This document shows, in pieces, positions 37,001 to 48,926 of a stretch of DNA of 62,694 bases. The stretch is from a virus (Duplodnaviria > Caudoviricetes). The DNA is taken from positions 1 to 62,694 of IMG/VR virus record IMGVR_UViG_3300034167_000773; one strand, given 5' to 3'. Made by a program: the position numbers and the translations under genes. The notes under the pieces are model-generated. The model saw only the letters and a list, made by a program, of their open reading frames with translations, searched no databases and had not been told where the DNA came from. The number at the start of each line of letters is the position of its first letter. The first letter of the stretch is position 1.

Positions 37001-40000
37001 ATGGCAAAAAAAATAACACCTACTTTTAGCTCTGGAGGGTTTCCAGTAGTACCTCAATCTACAACTGGTATTGATGTTGGATTTGAAGGATCAAAGTATG
37101 AAAGACCTATAGCACCTGGAGAATCTGTTGAACAAGTACTTGCTGCAGAGCAAGGAATGATGGATGTTACTGGTAATATTCTTGGTAGATTTCTTGGTAG
37201 AGCAACATTATCTGTAGCAGAAACTGCAGGAATGATTGGATATGGAAGTATTGCTGCTATTAGAGATAGAAGTTTTTCTAGTTTATATGATAATGAATTA
37301 AGTAAACAATTTAAAAAAGCTGATGAGTTCTTAGTTAAGAATACTCCATTCTATGATACTGCTGAAGAAAAGAAAGCTAAATTCTTTTCCTCAGATATTT
37401 TTACAGTAATGGGTAGTGCAGGATTCTGGGGTAATGCCTTAGGTGAGGGTGCAGGTTTTGTAGCAGGTGCTGTTGCCGGAGGTTATGGAACAGGACTTTT
37501 ATTAAAGGGCTTAGGAGCTCTTGGTAGAGGTGCCTTAACTGTAACTAGAATGTCTAAAGCTGTAACTGCTGCTACAGAAGCAGAACAATTAGGAGCCTTA
37601 GCTGCTGAGGGGGTTAAGGATGTTAACTTTGCTAATAAAGTAAAAAATGTTCTTAGTAGTGCTAAGTTTAAAAATGCTGCTCAATTTCAAACTCAAAGAG
37701 CAGTTAGTAATATGTATGAAGCTGGTGTAGAAGCCAAGGGAATTAAGGAAGAATATATTGCTAACATGGAGAAAGACTTTAAGTTGCAATATGGAGAAGA
37801 TGCTGTTGCTGATGAAGCTACTAAACTTGATTGGGAAAAACAAGCTAACAAGTATGCCAATGTTGGTTTTGGAATAAACATGGCTTTACTTAATCTTGAT
37901 GGAATAGGATATAGTAGATATTTTAAAGGATATAAGGAAACTAGAAAAGCTATTGATGCTACTAGAGATGCTGCTACTGGAATGTATAAGCCTCTTACAG
38001 GTATTAGAAAAGGTATCTCTACAGTTAAGAATTATGGAGGTAATGCATTTGCAGAATCCTTTCAAGAAGCAGGTCAGTATGTTACTGAGAAGACTCTTAC
38101 AGATAGAGACTTACAACAATCTGGAAGAGGTATTACAGATTATGTAAGAGCTACTATAAAAGGTTTAGAAGAAACTTTTGGTAGTAAAGAAGGACAAGAA
38201 AGTATGGTTATTGGTGCTATGCTTGGTGGCCCATCTTCTGTTAGAGAAGGTATGGCCCAAGGTAAACTTAATCAAGTAGGTATAGACTTACTTAATAAGT
38301 ATATGGCTAAGGAATCTATTGCTCCTATTATTAAACATACTAATGATGCCGTTCAAAGTAATAAAGGAGATCTTAGTGAGAGGGTAGCTGAATCTTCTTC
38401 TAAGTATCTTTTTAGAAGTGCACAAGATGAGGCTTTCTATAACTATGTAAATAGTAGAATACAGTCAGGAAGATTTGGAGACATGATGGATGATCTTGAT
38501 GACTTTAAAAGAATGGATGAAGGTACCTTTAATGAACTTTTTGTCACTTCTTATGATAGAGTTAAGAAAGATCAAACAGTACAAGAACTCATCAACTCTG
38601 CTAAAAGAATTCAAGATATTACTGATAAGACAGATGCAGTTTATGGTAAGAATAAATTTAAGAGTGAGATTATTAAAACTGTAGCTGATGTATCTACTTA
38701 TGATAAAAGAATAAATGAAATACAAAGTAAATTAGCTTCTGAGAATAATCCTCTTGAGAGAGAACTTTTGATGAGTGATTTAGGATTCTTAGTTAAGGAT
38801 AGAGATGCCGCTAATGCTAAACTTAGATTAATGACTTCTCTTGCTTCTAATGAAGAAATTGCTCTTAATAAAGAAAAAAATGAGAAGCCTAAGAAAGAAA
38901 TAGAAAAAATTGATAAAGAAAAACCTCCTGTAGCTGCAACACCTACTCCAAGTACTGATATTGTTAAAGGTAATACTGTTGTAGTAGATGGTAAGAAAGT
39001 AATTATAGAAGGAATTAATGATGATGGTACTGTAAGAGGAGCTACTCCTGCAGGACCAATAACATTTGATCCTGATGAGATAGATGCTCCTATTCAAGGA
39101 TTTGAGAAAAGTGACCACTATGATGAAGAACCTCAAGAATTAACTCCTGAGAAAGCTACTCTTGGTAGAGATGCAGTAGATGCTCCTGCTGGAGAAAACT
39201 TTGGAGGTAGAGCTTTTGTATATGATCCTCTTGACCCTAACTCTGAATTTGGTCAATGGACTGATTTTCAACCTATCTTAAATAATGATGTATTAAATAA
39301 TAAATTAAATAATGGTAATGCTACAGAATTAGATAAAACTAATGGAGCTAAAGCTCAAGAAGTTGTTGATAAACTTATCAATGACAACATGAAGAAAATT
39401 AAAGACACTCATACTTTTGAAGTTAGAAATGAGAATGGTAGAAATAACTTATATGCCATTGATAGAAAAGATAATAAACCAACTCTTATAGGATTTTTTA
39501 AGAATGGTAACTTTCAAGTAGGTAACTCATCTAATACTAAATCTAAAAAGAAACATAATGGTTTAAATGAGTTTGTAGATTCATATTCTCAAACTGAGCA
39601 AGGTAAGAGAAAACAAATACCTGATAAAAATGGTAGAAATGTTTTCATGGATGTTATTAATGGATGGAGAAAACTTATTAATAGTAAAGTAGCTGATGTT
39701 ACTAATTATTTAAAGTTACGTTCAGAAATACTCAATACTGGTACTCCTACAACTCTTGCAGAGATTATGAATTCTCCTTATGCTGAGAGATGGAAAGTTA
39801 ATGGAGAATATGTTATTGTACATAATGATAATGGTAACTATATTCTTATAGATAATGTTAATCAAAAATCAAATATTGATTTAGCCAATGAATACTTAAA
39901 TAAACCAGATGCTGTCAGATCTCTTGGTACTCAATATGCAATTCTTGTTAAAAGACCTGATAGTGATAATTATCAGTTTATTGGATTAAAGGGTGGAGAT

Positions 40001-43000
40001 TTATCTGCTACTGAAAAACAATCTTATGTAGAACTTGTAAAAAAAGTTAATAATAATCCTGGTGAATATACTCAGGAAGAAGTTGATAAAATTATTAATG
40101 ACTTAAATAAAAATATATTCTTAGCTACTAATAAAGTAATTAAAATTGAGGGGCAAGAAGTTCCCATTCACATTAGATTTTATAGAACTAAGGGTAAAAA
40201 TCAAATTAAAATTATTACTTCTCCTAAGTTAGGATTAGATGGTAAACCAGTAGGAGGTATTAAGTTAACTCTTAAACAAGCATTTGGAACTTTTCCTGAT
40301 GTAGAATCTGCTATCATTAATCTTGGTAAAAAGAAAATTTATAAAGCTTCTGAGGAGGCACAAGATTTAGATTTCTTAAAAGATTATCTTGAGACTAAAG
40401 TTAGTCCTACTATTTGGAAAACATATTTTAGATTTGAGCATAGAGATTTCTTAGCTAATGAGGTTAATAATACTAATGAAAAATACTCTGCTGCAGAACA
40501 AGAATTTCCAGCTAATAGTGAGAATGTATATAATGTAGGAGATTCTGTTATTTGGAATGGTGCTCCACATACTATTGCTAAAATAGTTGCTGGAGGAGTT
40601 CCATTTTATACACTAGCTGATGCTAGTGGTAATATTGTTAAAACTTCTACAAAACAAGATAGATTATTTCCTGCCACTCAATTAACTCCTGCTAAAAAAG
40701 AAGCACCTACAGAAAGAATGAAAAATGTAGGAATGAGTAGACAACAAGCTGAGGATGATATAGAAAAACTTGGAGTTGACTTATATTATGCTAAATTATT
40801 AGGTAAATCAGTTGAAAAAAATAAACCTCTTGATAAAGGAAAACAATATCTTAGAATTATTGTAGATATGTCAAACCATGCAAGTGCTGCTGAAATAATA
40901 ACTGGCACTGGAGAAGTTTACAATTATACTCAAATGAGTGGTTATTCTGGTTCAGGAACATCAAATCAAATGGTAATTCAATTACCATCATTTTATGATA
41001 GTAAAGGAAAACTTTTTGAAGGTAGTCTTTCTACAGGTTATATATATGAAATACCTAATATAGATATTAATAATAAAGAACTTTTAGCTCAATTTTTATC
41101 ATCATCTAACTATATAAAAAATAAACCTATATCTGCTAAAGTAGGTTTTGTAAATAATAATGATGGTACTTCAACATTAAAATATTATGATTTAAATTTT
41201 AATGTAAAACAAAAAATTATAGAAACTCCAGCAGGAGCATATCCTGAAAAATTAATTAATGATTTTTTAAAAAAGGAATATGATGCAGAATTAGCTGCTT
41301 TAAAAGGAGTTAAACCTACTGCTCCTGTATCTGATTTTAATTCTTTACCGGATTTACAGAAACAAAATCTTATTGCTGCTAAAATTCTTAAAGCTCCTCC
41401 TACTGATATGTTAATGACATTAACTCCAGAGGAAAGAAAATATTATAATGAGTATAAAACTGTAATAGATAATATAATAGACATGTTATCTATTGGAGGT
41501 CTTTATCAACAAAGTGGTAAAAATAATGATTTAGATCCAGCACTTGGAGGAGTTGATATTGCTGATAATCTTCCTGCAGAAGGACCTATAGGTACATTTA
41601 AACCTGCTATTGAGGATGCTAACTTAGAAGAAATCTCTGATGAGGTTGCTAGAGAAATAGAAGCTTTTACCGGACTTAAGGTAGAGTTTTATAAAGAAGG
41701 TAATACTCAAAACTTTGGTGAGTTTAGAGATGGTATTATATACTTAAGTAGATTTGTTCCTAAAGGTACTCAGTGGCATGAAGCTTTCCATGGTATCTTC
41801 TCATTACTTCCAGAAGCTGAGCAAGATAGATTACTTAGAATTGCTGGTAATAAGTGGGGAGTAACTAATGAGGAGTTTATGGAACTCATTAAAATTTATG
41901 AAGATAGAGGTCATGCTAACTTCTTAAAAAGTGTAGGTAAGGATTGGATTGTAAAAACTATTCTTGAGGAAAAGATTGCAGATCATTTTCAAGAGTTTAT
42001 GGTAGAAGGTAAGAAGCCAGTAATTCTAGAAAGTTTCTTTACTAAAGCTAAAAGATTTGTAAATCTAATGACTGGTGTAGTAGAAGAACCTTCTTTCCAA
42101 TCATTCTTTGCTGATGCTACTAAAGGTAAATTTAAAAAGAATGTTCCTGTAGGTACTCAAGCTAGAATTGCTACTGCTAAATATAAAGTTATTCCTGGTA
42201 GTAAAACAGAAACAGAATCTAATAGATTGATTAAGGAACTTGTTAATTTGTATGCAGATAGACATAATCCTAAATTACTTGAGAACTTTCCTGAACTTAA
42301 AGATGCTGATAATACTCTACAAGGATTTGTAAGGTATTATATAAATTTACTTAGAAAATATTCTAATGAGGGAATTGTAAGACAAGCTACAGAATATAAA
42401 CAAATATTAGAAGATCCACTTGTTCCTGATGAAAGGAAAGAAAGTGTAAAAAGAGATTATGATGATTTTCTAAAATCTCTTCAAAAACCTGAAGACCCTA
42501 ATATTCCACCTACTTTTGTTAAAGAAGATGGATTAGTATTTCCTGCTTTATTTCACTCTAGTAATCTTAAAATGATTACTAAAGAAGTAATTAGGACTGG
42601 TAATTTTAAAGAAACTTATGAGGAAGTAGATCAAGAAAATGAGAAGGATATTATGCACAATGAAAGTGTGCAATCTAAAAATCCTCTTACAGAAACTTCT
42701 ACTAGAGATTTAAGAAATATTATCTCTAGTATGTATTACTTTGATATGGGTAAACCTACATTCTTAGATGAGAAAGGTGTTATTAATAATCTACTCTTTA
42801 ATCTAAGTAATGTTGAACCTGAGCAATATGAGGAAACTTTACAGAAACTTGCTAGAGAAGGAAATAATAGTATTGATAAGTCTGATTTCTCAAGATCTAT
42901 GCAAGAGGTTCTAAATATGTATAGAGGTAATGAAACTTTTAAAAACATTTTTAAAGGTGCATTTGATAAAAGGTTTGTAAAGTCTTTTCAAGTTGTAGAT

Positions 43001-46000
43001 ACTGTTAACACTAGAAATAGTGGTTCTAAAGTAATTACAGTTAATATGAAGAACCATCTTTATGCTCAAATGAATTTATGGAGAAATCAAGGTTTTAATA
43101 AAGAAATTAATTCTGAGGTAGTTAAAGATCTTAAAGATATTGGTAAAGGTCTTGGTATTAATATTGAACAAGATGTTTATACTGATCCTAATGCACAAGA
43201 AGTTCTTAATAAATTATATAAAATAATTAAGGGTGGTTTACAGAATAGAGATTTTAATAAAGTATTTTCTTCTGAGGCAAATAGAAATGTTCTTGAAAGT
43301 TTAGCTGCATTTAATATTGAAAGAAGATTAGATTTGGGAGAATTAAATTATAAAAATGCTGATGATAAAACTCAGTATTCTATTATTAATAACTCACACT
43401 TACTTGAGAAGATTACTAAAATTTATCTTCCTGAGTTGGATACAAGAAAACCTGAGAAAAGAGCTGCTGAAGGAAACTTACCTAACTTGACTTTTGGAAC
43501 ATTCTCAGGTTCACAATTTGGAGATAATTCTCACACTTACTCAGACCTTGATCCTGTTACTTATTTATATACAACTTTTAGTTTGTATAATAATTACTAT
43601 AAGAAAGGAGATGTTGATAAAGAATTTACACCTTATTTCTTTATTCAACAGTGGGAATCTAAGAGTACTAACTTTGTATTTCAAGGATATAATCATGCTG
43701 CAGATCCTATAGAAAATATTCTTAAATACTTAAATGAGGAAGTAGATAGACAAGCTATTAGAATTAATGAAACATTAGAATCTCTTAAGAAAGATGAAGA
43801 TATTAAATTAATTGATGGATATCATATTCTTAAAGATCCTAATAATAAATTATCTCCAAGAGAATATACTCTCTCACTTGTTGAGAGATTTATGAAAGAT
43901 GATATTACAAGAGACCAACTTCCAAGAGGTTTTCAGTATACTAATCTTCCATATGCTAATGAAAAGATTATCTCACAAAATCCAGTAACTTTAGAAGATT
44001 TAGAAAAAATGCTTTCTAAACAAGCTGAGAATATGGATAAGTATTTCAGAGAGTTTAACATCAATAAGATGAGTTTCTTAAAGGAAACTACTAATGATAA
44101 TAACTTAACTGAGGAGCAAGCTAATAAGTATATGAGAAACTTTCTTCTTAATCAGTATATGAATAGAAGTAGAGTTCTTGCTCAAATTACTCCTAATCTT
44201 GCAGAATTTAAAGGGTATGTAGATATTACTAAGAGGGGTGCTGGTGTACTAGCATCTGGTCCTAATCATGGAGAAGGAAACTTTAAGTTTGGTGTTATTA
44301 AAGATATAGATATTGAGGGGGCTAACTCTACTGATGCTGCAGGATATGAGAGTATATCTGAGAGGATAAATAGACTTCTTAGAAGAGGAGTAATCTCTAA
44401 TACTGATATGTCTACAGGTGGAGTAAGTGATAAGAAGTATGAGAATTATTTGCTTCTTAAAGCTCACTTAGAAGATGATAGAGATTATATTGATCTTCAT
44501 GATGATGATGATGCTCTTCTTAAAATTGAGAAGACTGTGGGTTATGGAGAAGAGTATTATATTAAGACTGCTGTAGCTCCTATAACAAGATATATGAGCT
44601 CACAGTTTGCAAATAAAGGAGATAAAATAACTGTTAATGGTGTAGAGTATACTGCTGTAAAAGATGTAGTTAATGAGAAATACTATCTACCTCTACCTTC
44701 CTCAGTAGATAGCTGGAAAATGCTTAATGAGATGCAGCAAGAAAATGGCCCACAAGCCATCTTTGCAGAATCTGCAATTAAGAAAAATGTTAATAGTAAG
44801 GTAGATGTACAAACAGAAAGTTTTGCTGGTAAGACTTTAGACTTTAGATATAAAGATTATCGCTTACAACAAGAAAACCCATCTGGTAAAGAAAAGATTA
44901 AAGATGGTACTCAGTTACTACAACTTATTGATGCATACTTTTCTAAAGATTTTGGTGGTGATGTTTCTAAGCAAATGGATGCTCTTGTTTCTGAACTTAA
45001 AAGTTATGGCTTTGAGTTCTTTGGTAGAGAGTTAGTTGCTAACATTAATGGAGAAACTTATGATCCTTTTATGGAATATGTGCAAGCAGCTATGGAAGGT
45101 TCTGCACTTAGTGATAGGATTATGGAATTCTTTGAGAAAGATCCTGTAACAGGAACTATGAAAATCTCTAGTAACATGCCTATGATTAGGAATAAGTTTG
45201 AGCAATATGTTATGTCTTACTATAACAATAATATTGCATCTCATAAAGTTCCTGGTAATAAGTGTACTCTCCTAACATCCTTGACTAAAGGAGTTATAAC
45301 TTTTGGAGATAAAACAATTAGTACTTATGAGTATAACAACTTATCTAAAGAAGATAAAAACAAATGTTCTACTAGAAGACTTTCATGGGCTACAGAATCT
45401 AAACCTTATGCTGAGGTTATTGTATCTGAGGAATACATTAATCAGATGGGATTTACCATCTCTGAGTGGCATGATTTAAAGAAAAATGATCCAACCTTAT
45501 TTGAGAAAGTATCTACAGCAGTAGGTTACAGGATTCCTACACAAGCTCAACACTCTATGATACCAATTAAGATTGTTGATATTTTACCTGCTAGTTATGG
45601 TAGTACAATTATAGCACCTGCAGAAATTACTAAAATCTCTGGAGCTGACTATGACGTGGATAGTTTATATATCCATAAACCAAGTGTTTATCATACTGTA
45701 GAAAATAAAGTTAAGAAGTTTAAAATGTATGAAGATGATGTATACTCCTATGAAAAATCTATTAACAGTAATAAGATAGTTAAGGAGATAGCATCTAAAT
45801 TAAATAGTGAAGAGAAAGAATCTATTCAACATCAGATGATGATTCTTAAAAGAAAGAAATATTCTATTAGTAAAAAATTAAATGATCTTAGAAGTATTTC
45901 TGATACTATTAAAGAATCTTCTCCTGCTGAAAGAGATAAGTATTATGCTGAAAAAGATTCCTTACTTACTGAGATTAAAGCTGTTAATAATGATTTAGCT

Positions 46001-48922
46001 TTTCAGAAAGAGGAAATGAATGATGTTAATAGAAGATCTAGTACTGAAGCTATTAAACTTATTAGAGATAAAGATGATCCTCAAAGACAGATTTTTCTTC
46101 CAGGTTATGTACAAGGATTAAAGAATCCTGATGGAACTAAATCTGTAAATGCTATTATTCCAGAAAGTAATTTTAATAAATTACTAGAACTAAGATTAAA
46201 ACTCCTTACTTCTAAAGAAGGTGTAGACTTAATTAATACTCCTGCTAAAGATTTTATGAAGGAGATTTACAGTGGAAATGAGAAAGAAAATAAAACTGCT
46301 TATTTCTTAGACGCAGGTTATCCTAATCCTAACAAGGAAGCTAAAGATTATGTAGTTTACTCTGGACAAGATACCATGCTTAATGAGTATAAGAAAATCT
46401 CTACAGGTAGTAAAGCTATTGGAGGTGCAGCTAATATAAATAAGGTAGCAGCATTTCTACAAAAGAATGGTGTTGTTTTAGATAGTACTTTAGCTGCTAA
46501 ACTAAAATCATTATACTCTGGATTAGAGTTTGATAGTGCCTCAGAGTTTGAGAGTGATTTTGATTTTATAATGCAGGATGGTAAAATTGGTTTTGTAACT
46601 AAGACTGAGAATGCTCTTAAGTTTAATACCCTCTCTAACATGGTATCCATTACTGTGGATAATGCTAAAGATCAAACCTTGGTTCTCTTTAATATTACAG
46701 ATAAGAATATCTCTGAGATATCTACAATGGCTATGTTAGGCATGGGTATAAATAGAATCTCAGCAATTCTACAAACTCCTGCAGCTAGAAAGATATCTTC
46801 TCTTTTAAGCATTCCAGATAAAGGTGTTTATGAGTATCAAGAGTTTAGAGATAATCCTAAAGCTATTAAGAAATACATTGAAGAAGACTTACAGAAAAAA
46901 GGTCTTGAGATTGTAAGTCTAACAGATGCTGATATTGTAGATAGTATTTCTACATGGGATGAGAATAAAAGAATTGAGGAATTATTATATGCTAAAGATA
47001 TTAGTAATATAAGTGATAAAGATAAACATAGACTTAATGTACAATATACTATTGCTAATCTTTATCTTGAGATTAGTAATATCACTAAAGATGCTTACCA
47101 AGTAAATACTTTACTTAACTTTAATAAAACTATAGGTAAAGAAGGTTTTGAGATTAGTAAATTAAGTACAGCATATAATAATATTAGTAAAGATGGTTTC
47201 TCATTTGCTCCAAGTAATATTACTAGTAATGGATTTATAAATACTGTAAATGATATTTCCGGTAAACTTGCTACTAGAGTAGGTAATAAAATTATTGCTT
47301 ACAATAATAATACAAATTCTTTAACTACTTCTATTGTTAGAAGTACTGATAAAGAAGGAGATGATTATCTTTCTAAAAGATTTCAAGCATCTCTTAATAA
47401 ATCTTTTATAGATTTCTTAGCTATTAATATGTTTTTTAATAAACATAAAGAAAAGAATGTACTTGGAGGAATTGATCTTTGGGATGAAAATATCTTAAAT
47501 GGTACAGCTATTACTGAAGCTTATGATAAAGTTAAGAATAAATTAGATTCTTATACTATAGGTAAGATGTTTGAAATTCAAAACCCTACTATTAAATATC
47601 CATTTAAAAGAGTAGGTATAGATACCTTTACTAACTTATCTCCTGATGAAGAACAGAATATTGTAGATAGCTTTGATAGAATGATATCATCTAGTGATTC
47701 TGAAATTAAGAATTTTGCTTATCAAGTTTTAGCACATGTAGCTGTACATGATAATTATAGATACTTAAAAGGTTCAGTAGTTAGTAAGATAAGAGCTAGA
47801 TACTTGGGTACTTATAACCAAATGTATACTGAGTATCTTGAGCCTATTATTAAAGAAATTGAAGATTCAGTTTTAACTGAGCAAGAAAAAAGAGATTTAC
47901 AATATCTTAAAGAAAGAGGTATTAGTGTTAAAGAACCTAAGACAGTAAGACAAAAACTTGTATATCATACTGGTTATAATAACTATACTACCTTAATTGG
48001 AAACTTTGCTAAGTATTTCTTTAGTGATAATAGAAATGCAAGATTTGTTAATAATCTTAAAGGAGTTAAGTTTTTATATAAACCTCAAGAAGGAGAAACT
48101 TTAGAAATTACTCCTGTTAGTAAAATTATTAATAATGAAGATGTTTATATTATTGAAGCAGATTCTTCTATCAATGCTTATGATATAATATCTCCACTTA
48201 TGTTTCAAAGCAAAGGAATATATATTAAGGAATCTTATGAGAATGATGTTGACTCTTTCTTAAAAGAAGGTGTTAAAGTTAGTAGAATAATTTATAAAAA
48301 ACTTGATGTTATTAATGGAGGTTATCTTCCTAGTGTTATGGCACAACAATATCCTTATAATCAATATAAAGAAATTGTTGATAAAGCTATAAAAGCACTT
48401 AAAGAAGATACTCGCCCTGGAACTGGAGCTAACTATGGAGCTATAGATAGTGAGGAATCAGAAAATGTAAAAGGTGCATTTGATTATGATCCTGTAAGAA
48501 TGGATGATTTTCCAGATGTTGATTTAGATTCTGGTGATGAGGAAGGTAAAGAAAATAATGCTATCTCTAATCCTCCTGTACAACCTAATGTAGTTCCGGT
48601 AATATCTGCAGAAGAAACTTTTAATAAACCAGATGAAACTGCTGATGCTTTACTTAAAGCTCAGCAGGATGAACTTGAAAGAAGAAAAGAAGAATTTTTA
48701 AAATCATTAAATTTAAGTAGTTTTAATCCATCTGATTTACCTAAGATGAAAGTTAGACCTCAAACAAATACCTTAGCTAATGAGGTAATTGATGAAATTT
48801 CTAATAACTTTGAGCAGTATAAAATTGCTTTAGAATCTGTAGGTATCAATTCCGTAGAAGAACTTATGGAGTTGTCTGATGAAAGAAAAGCAACATTAAT
48901 TCAAGATATTTGTAAAGGATAA
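37001..48922 (+). CDS. Virion-packaged two-barrel RNA polymerase with zincin-like domain
   Basis: 3973 aa; GYRIPTQ..HS followed by catalytic GADYDVDSL (about 45641-45667); HExxH (WHEAFH, about 41777); N-terminal Gly/Ala hydrophobic helices; matches the phi14:2 gp66 family architecture. Confidence 0.92.
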   Translation: MAKKITPTFSSGGFPVVPQSTTGIDVGFEGSKYERPIAPGESVEQVLAAEQGMMDVTGNILGRFLGRATLSVAETAGMIGYGSIAAIRDRSFSSLYDNELSKQFKKADEFLVKNTPFYDTAEEKKAKFFSSDIFTVMGSAGFWGNALGEGAGFVAGAVAGGYGTGLLLKGLGALGRGALTVTRMSKAVTAATEAEQLGALAAEGVKDVNFANKVKNVLSSAKFKNAAQFQTQRAVSNMYEAGVEAKGIKEEYIANMEKDFKLQYGEDAVADEATKLDWEKQANKYANVGFGINMALLNLDGIGYSRYFKGYKETRKAIDATRDAATGMYKPLTGIRKGISTVKNYGGNAFAESFQEAGQYVTEKTLTDRDLQQSGRGITDYVRATIKGLEETFGSKEGQESMVIGAMLGGPSSVREGMAQGKLNQVGIDLLNKYMAKESIAPIIKHTNDAVQSNKGDLSERVAESSSKYLFRSAQDEAFYNYVNSRIQSGRFGDMMDDLDDFKRMDEGTFNELFVTSYDRVKKDQTVQELINSAKRIQDITDKTDAVYGKNKFKSEIIKTVADVSTYDKRINEIQSKLASENNPLERELLMSDLGFLVKDRDAANAKLRLMTSLASNEEIALNKEKNEKPKKEIEKIDKEKPPVAATPTPSTDIVKGNTVVVDGKKVIIEGINDDGTVRGATPAGPITFDPDEIDAPIQGFEKSDHYDEEPQELTPEKATLGRDAVDAPAGENFGGRAFVYDPLDPNSEFGQWTDFQPILNNDVLNNKLNNGNATELDKTNGAKAQEVVDKLINDNMKKIKDTHTFEVRNENGRNNLYAIDRKDNKPTLIGFFKNGNFQVGNSSNTKSKKKHNGLNEFVDSYSQTEQGKRKQIPDKNGRNVFMDVINGWRKLINSKVADVTNYLKLRSEILNTGTPTTLAEIMNSPYAERWKVNGEYVIVHNDNGNYILIDNVNQKSNIDLANEYLNKPDAVRSLGTQYAILVKRPDSDNYQFIGLKGGDLSATEKQSYVELVKKVNNNPGEYTQEEVDKIINDLNKNIFLATNKVIKIEGQEVPIHIRFYRTKGKNQIKIITSPKLGLDGKPVGGIKLTLKQAFGTFPDVESAIINLGKKKIYKASEEAQDLDFLKDYLETKVSPTIWKTYFRFEHRDFLANEVNNTNEKYSAAEQEFPANSENVYNVGDSVIWNGAPHTIAKIVAGGVPFYTLADASGNIVKTSTKQDRLFPATQLTPAKKEAPTERMKNVGMSRQQAEDDIEKLGVDLYYAKLLGKSVEKNKPLDKGKQYLRIIVDMSNHASAAEIITGTGEVYNYTQMSGYSGSGTSNQMVIQLPSFYDSKGKLFEGSLSTGYIYEIPNIDINNKELLAQFLSSSNYIKNKPISAKVGFVNNNDGTSTLKYYDLNFNVKQKIIETPAGAYPEKLINDFLKKEYDAELAALKGVKPTAPVSDFNSLPDLQKQNLIAAKILKAPPTDMLMTLTPEERKYYNEYKTVIDNIIDMLSIGGLYQQSGKNNDLDPALGGVDIADNLPAEGPIGTFKPAIEDANLEEISDEVAREIEAFTGLKVEFYKEGNTQNFGEFRDGIIYLSRFVPKGTQWHEAFHGIFSLLPEAEQDRLLRIAGNKWGVTNEEFMELIKIYEDRGHANFLKSVGKDWIVKTILEEKIADHFQEFMVEGKKPVILESFFTKAKRFVNLMTGVVEEPSFQSFFADATKGKFKKNVPVGTQARIATAKYKVIPGSKTETESNRLIKELVNLYADRHNPKLLENFPELKDADNTLQGFVRYYINLLRKYSNEGIVRQATEYKQILEDPLVPDERKESVKRDYDDFLKSLQKPEDPNIPPTFVKEDGLVFPALFHSSNLKMITKEVIRTGNFKETYEEVDQENEKDIMHNESVQSKNPLTETSTRDLRNIISSMYYFDMGKPTFLDEKGVINNLLFNLSNVEPEQYEETLQKLAREGNNSIDKSDFSRSMQEVLNMYRGNETFKNIFKGAFDKRFVKSFQVVDTVNTRNSGSKVITVNMKNHLYAQMNLWRNQGFNKEINSEVVKDLKDIGKGLGINIEQDVYTDPNAQEVLNKLYKIIKGGLQNRDFNKVFSSEANRNVLESLAAFNIERRLDLGELNYKNADDKTQYSIINNSHLLEKITKIYLPELDTRKPEKRAAEGNLPNLTFGTFSGSQFGDNSHTYSDLDPVTYLYTTFSLYNNYYKKGDVDKEFTPYFFIQQWESKSTNFVFQGYNHAADPIENILKYLNEEVDRQAIRINETLESLKKDEDIKLIDGYHILKDPNNKLSPREYTLSLVERFMKDDITRDQLPRGFQYTNLPYANEKIISQNPVTLEDLEKMLSKQAENMDKYFREFNINKMSFLKETTNDNNLTEEQANKYMRNFLLNQYMNRSRVLAQITPNLAEFKGYVDITKRGAGVLASGPNHGEGNFKFGVIKDIDIEGANSTDAAGYESISERINRLLRRGVISNTDMSTGGVSDKKYENYLLLKAHLEDDRDYIDLHDDDDALLKIEKTVGYGEEYYIKTAVAPITRYMSSQFANKGDKITVNGVEYTAVKDVVNEKYYLPLPSSVDSWKMLNEMQQENGPQAIFAESAIKKNVNSKVDVQTESFAGKTLDFRYKDYRLQQENPSGKEKIKDGTQLLQLIDAYFSKDFGGDVSKQMDALVSELKSYGFEFFGRELVANINGETYDPFMEYVQAAMEGSALSDRIMEFFEKDPVTGTMKISSNMPMIRNKFEQYVMSYYNNNIASHKVPGNKCTLLTSLTKGVITFGDKTISTYEYNNLSKEDKNKCSTRRLSWATESKPYAEVIVSEEYINQMGFTISEWHDLKKNDPTLFEKVSTAVGYRIPTQAQHSMIPIKIVDILPASYGSTIIAPAEITKISGADYDVDSLYIHKPSVYHTVENKVKKFKMYEDDVYSYEKSINSNKIVKEIASKLNSEEKESIQHQMMILKRKKYSISKKLNDLRSISDTIKESSPAERDKYYAEKDSLLTEIKAVNNDLAFQKEEMNDVNRRSSTEAIKLIRDKDDPQRQIFLPGYVQGLKNPDGTKSVNAIIPESNFNKLLELRLKLLTSKEGVDLINTPAKDFMKEIYSGNEKENKTAYFLDAGYPNPNKEAKDYVVYSGQDTMLNEYKKISTGSKAIGGAANINKVAAFLQKNGVVLDSTLAAKLKSLYSGLEFDSASEFESDFDFIMQDGKIGFVTKTENALKFNTLSNMVSITVDNAKDQTLVLFNITDKNISEISTMAMLGMGINRISAILQTPAARKISSLLSIPDKGVYEYQEFRDNPKAIKKYIEEDLQKKGLEIVSLTDADIVDSISTWDENKRIEELLYAKDISNISDKDKHRLNVQYTIANLYLEISNITKDAYQVNTLLNFNKTIGKEGFEISKLSTAYNNISKDGFSFAPSNITSNGFINTVNDISGKLATRVGNKIIAYNNNTNSLTTSIVRSTDKEGDDYLSKRFQASLNKSFIDFLAINMFFNKHKEKNVLGGIDLWDENILNGTAITEAYDKVKNKLDSYTIGKMFEIQNPTIKYPFKRVGIDTFTNLSPDEEQNIVDSFDRMISSSDSEIKNFAYQVLAHVAVHDNYRYLKGSVVSKIRARYLGTYNQMYTEYLEPIIKEIEDSVLTEQEKRDLQYLKERGISVKEPKTVRQKLVYHTGYNNYTTLIGNFAKYFFSDNRNARFVNNLKGVKFLYKPQEGETLEITPVSKIINNEDVYIIEADSSINAYDIISPLMFQSKGIYIKESYENDVDSFLKEGVKVSRIIYKKLDVINGGYLPSVMAQQYPYNQYKEIVDKAIKALKEDTRPGTGANYGAIDSEESENVKGAFDYDPVRMDDFPDVDLDSGDEEGKENNAISNPPVQPNVVPVISAEETFNKPDETADALLKAQQDELERRKEEFLKSLNLSSFNPSDLPKMKVRPQTNTLANEVIDEISNNFEQYKIALESVGINSVEELMELSDERKATLIQDICKG

Positions 48923-48926
48923 AATT

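Noticed and set aside
8919-48922. Inteins or group I introns in TerL, MCP or RNAP
   Set aside because: No intein splice-junction or LAGLIDADG motifs noticed; reading frames are uninterrupted and motif spacing looks normal
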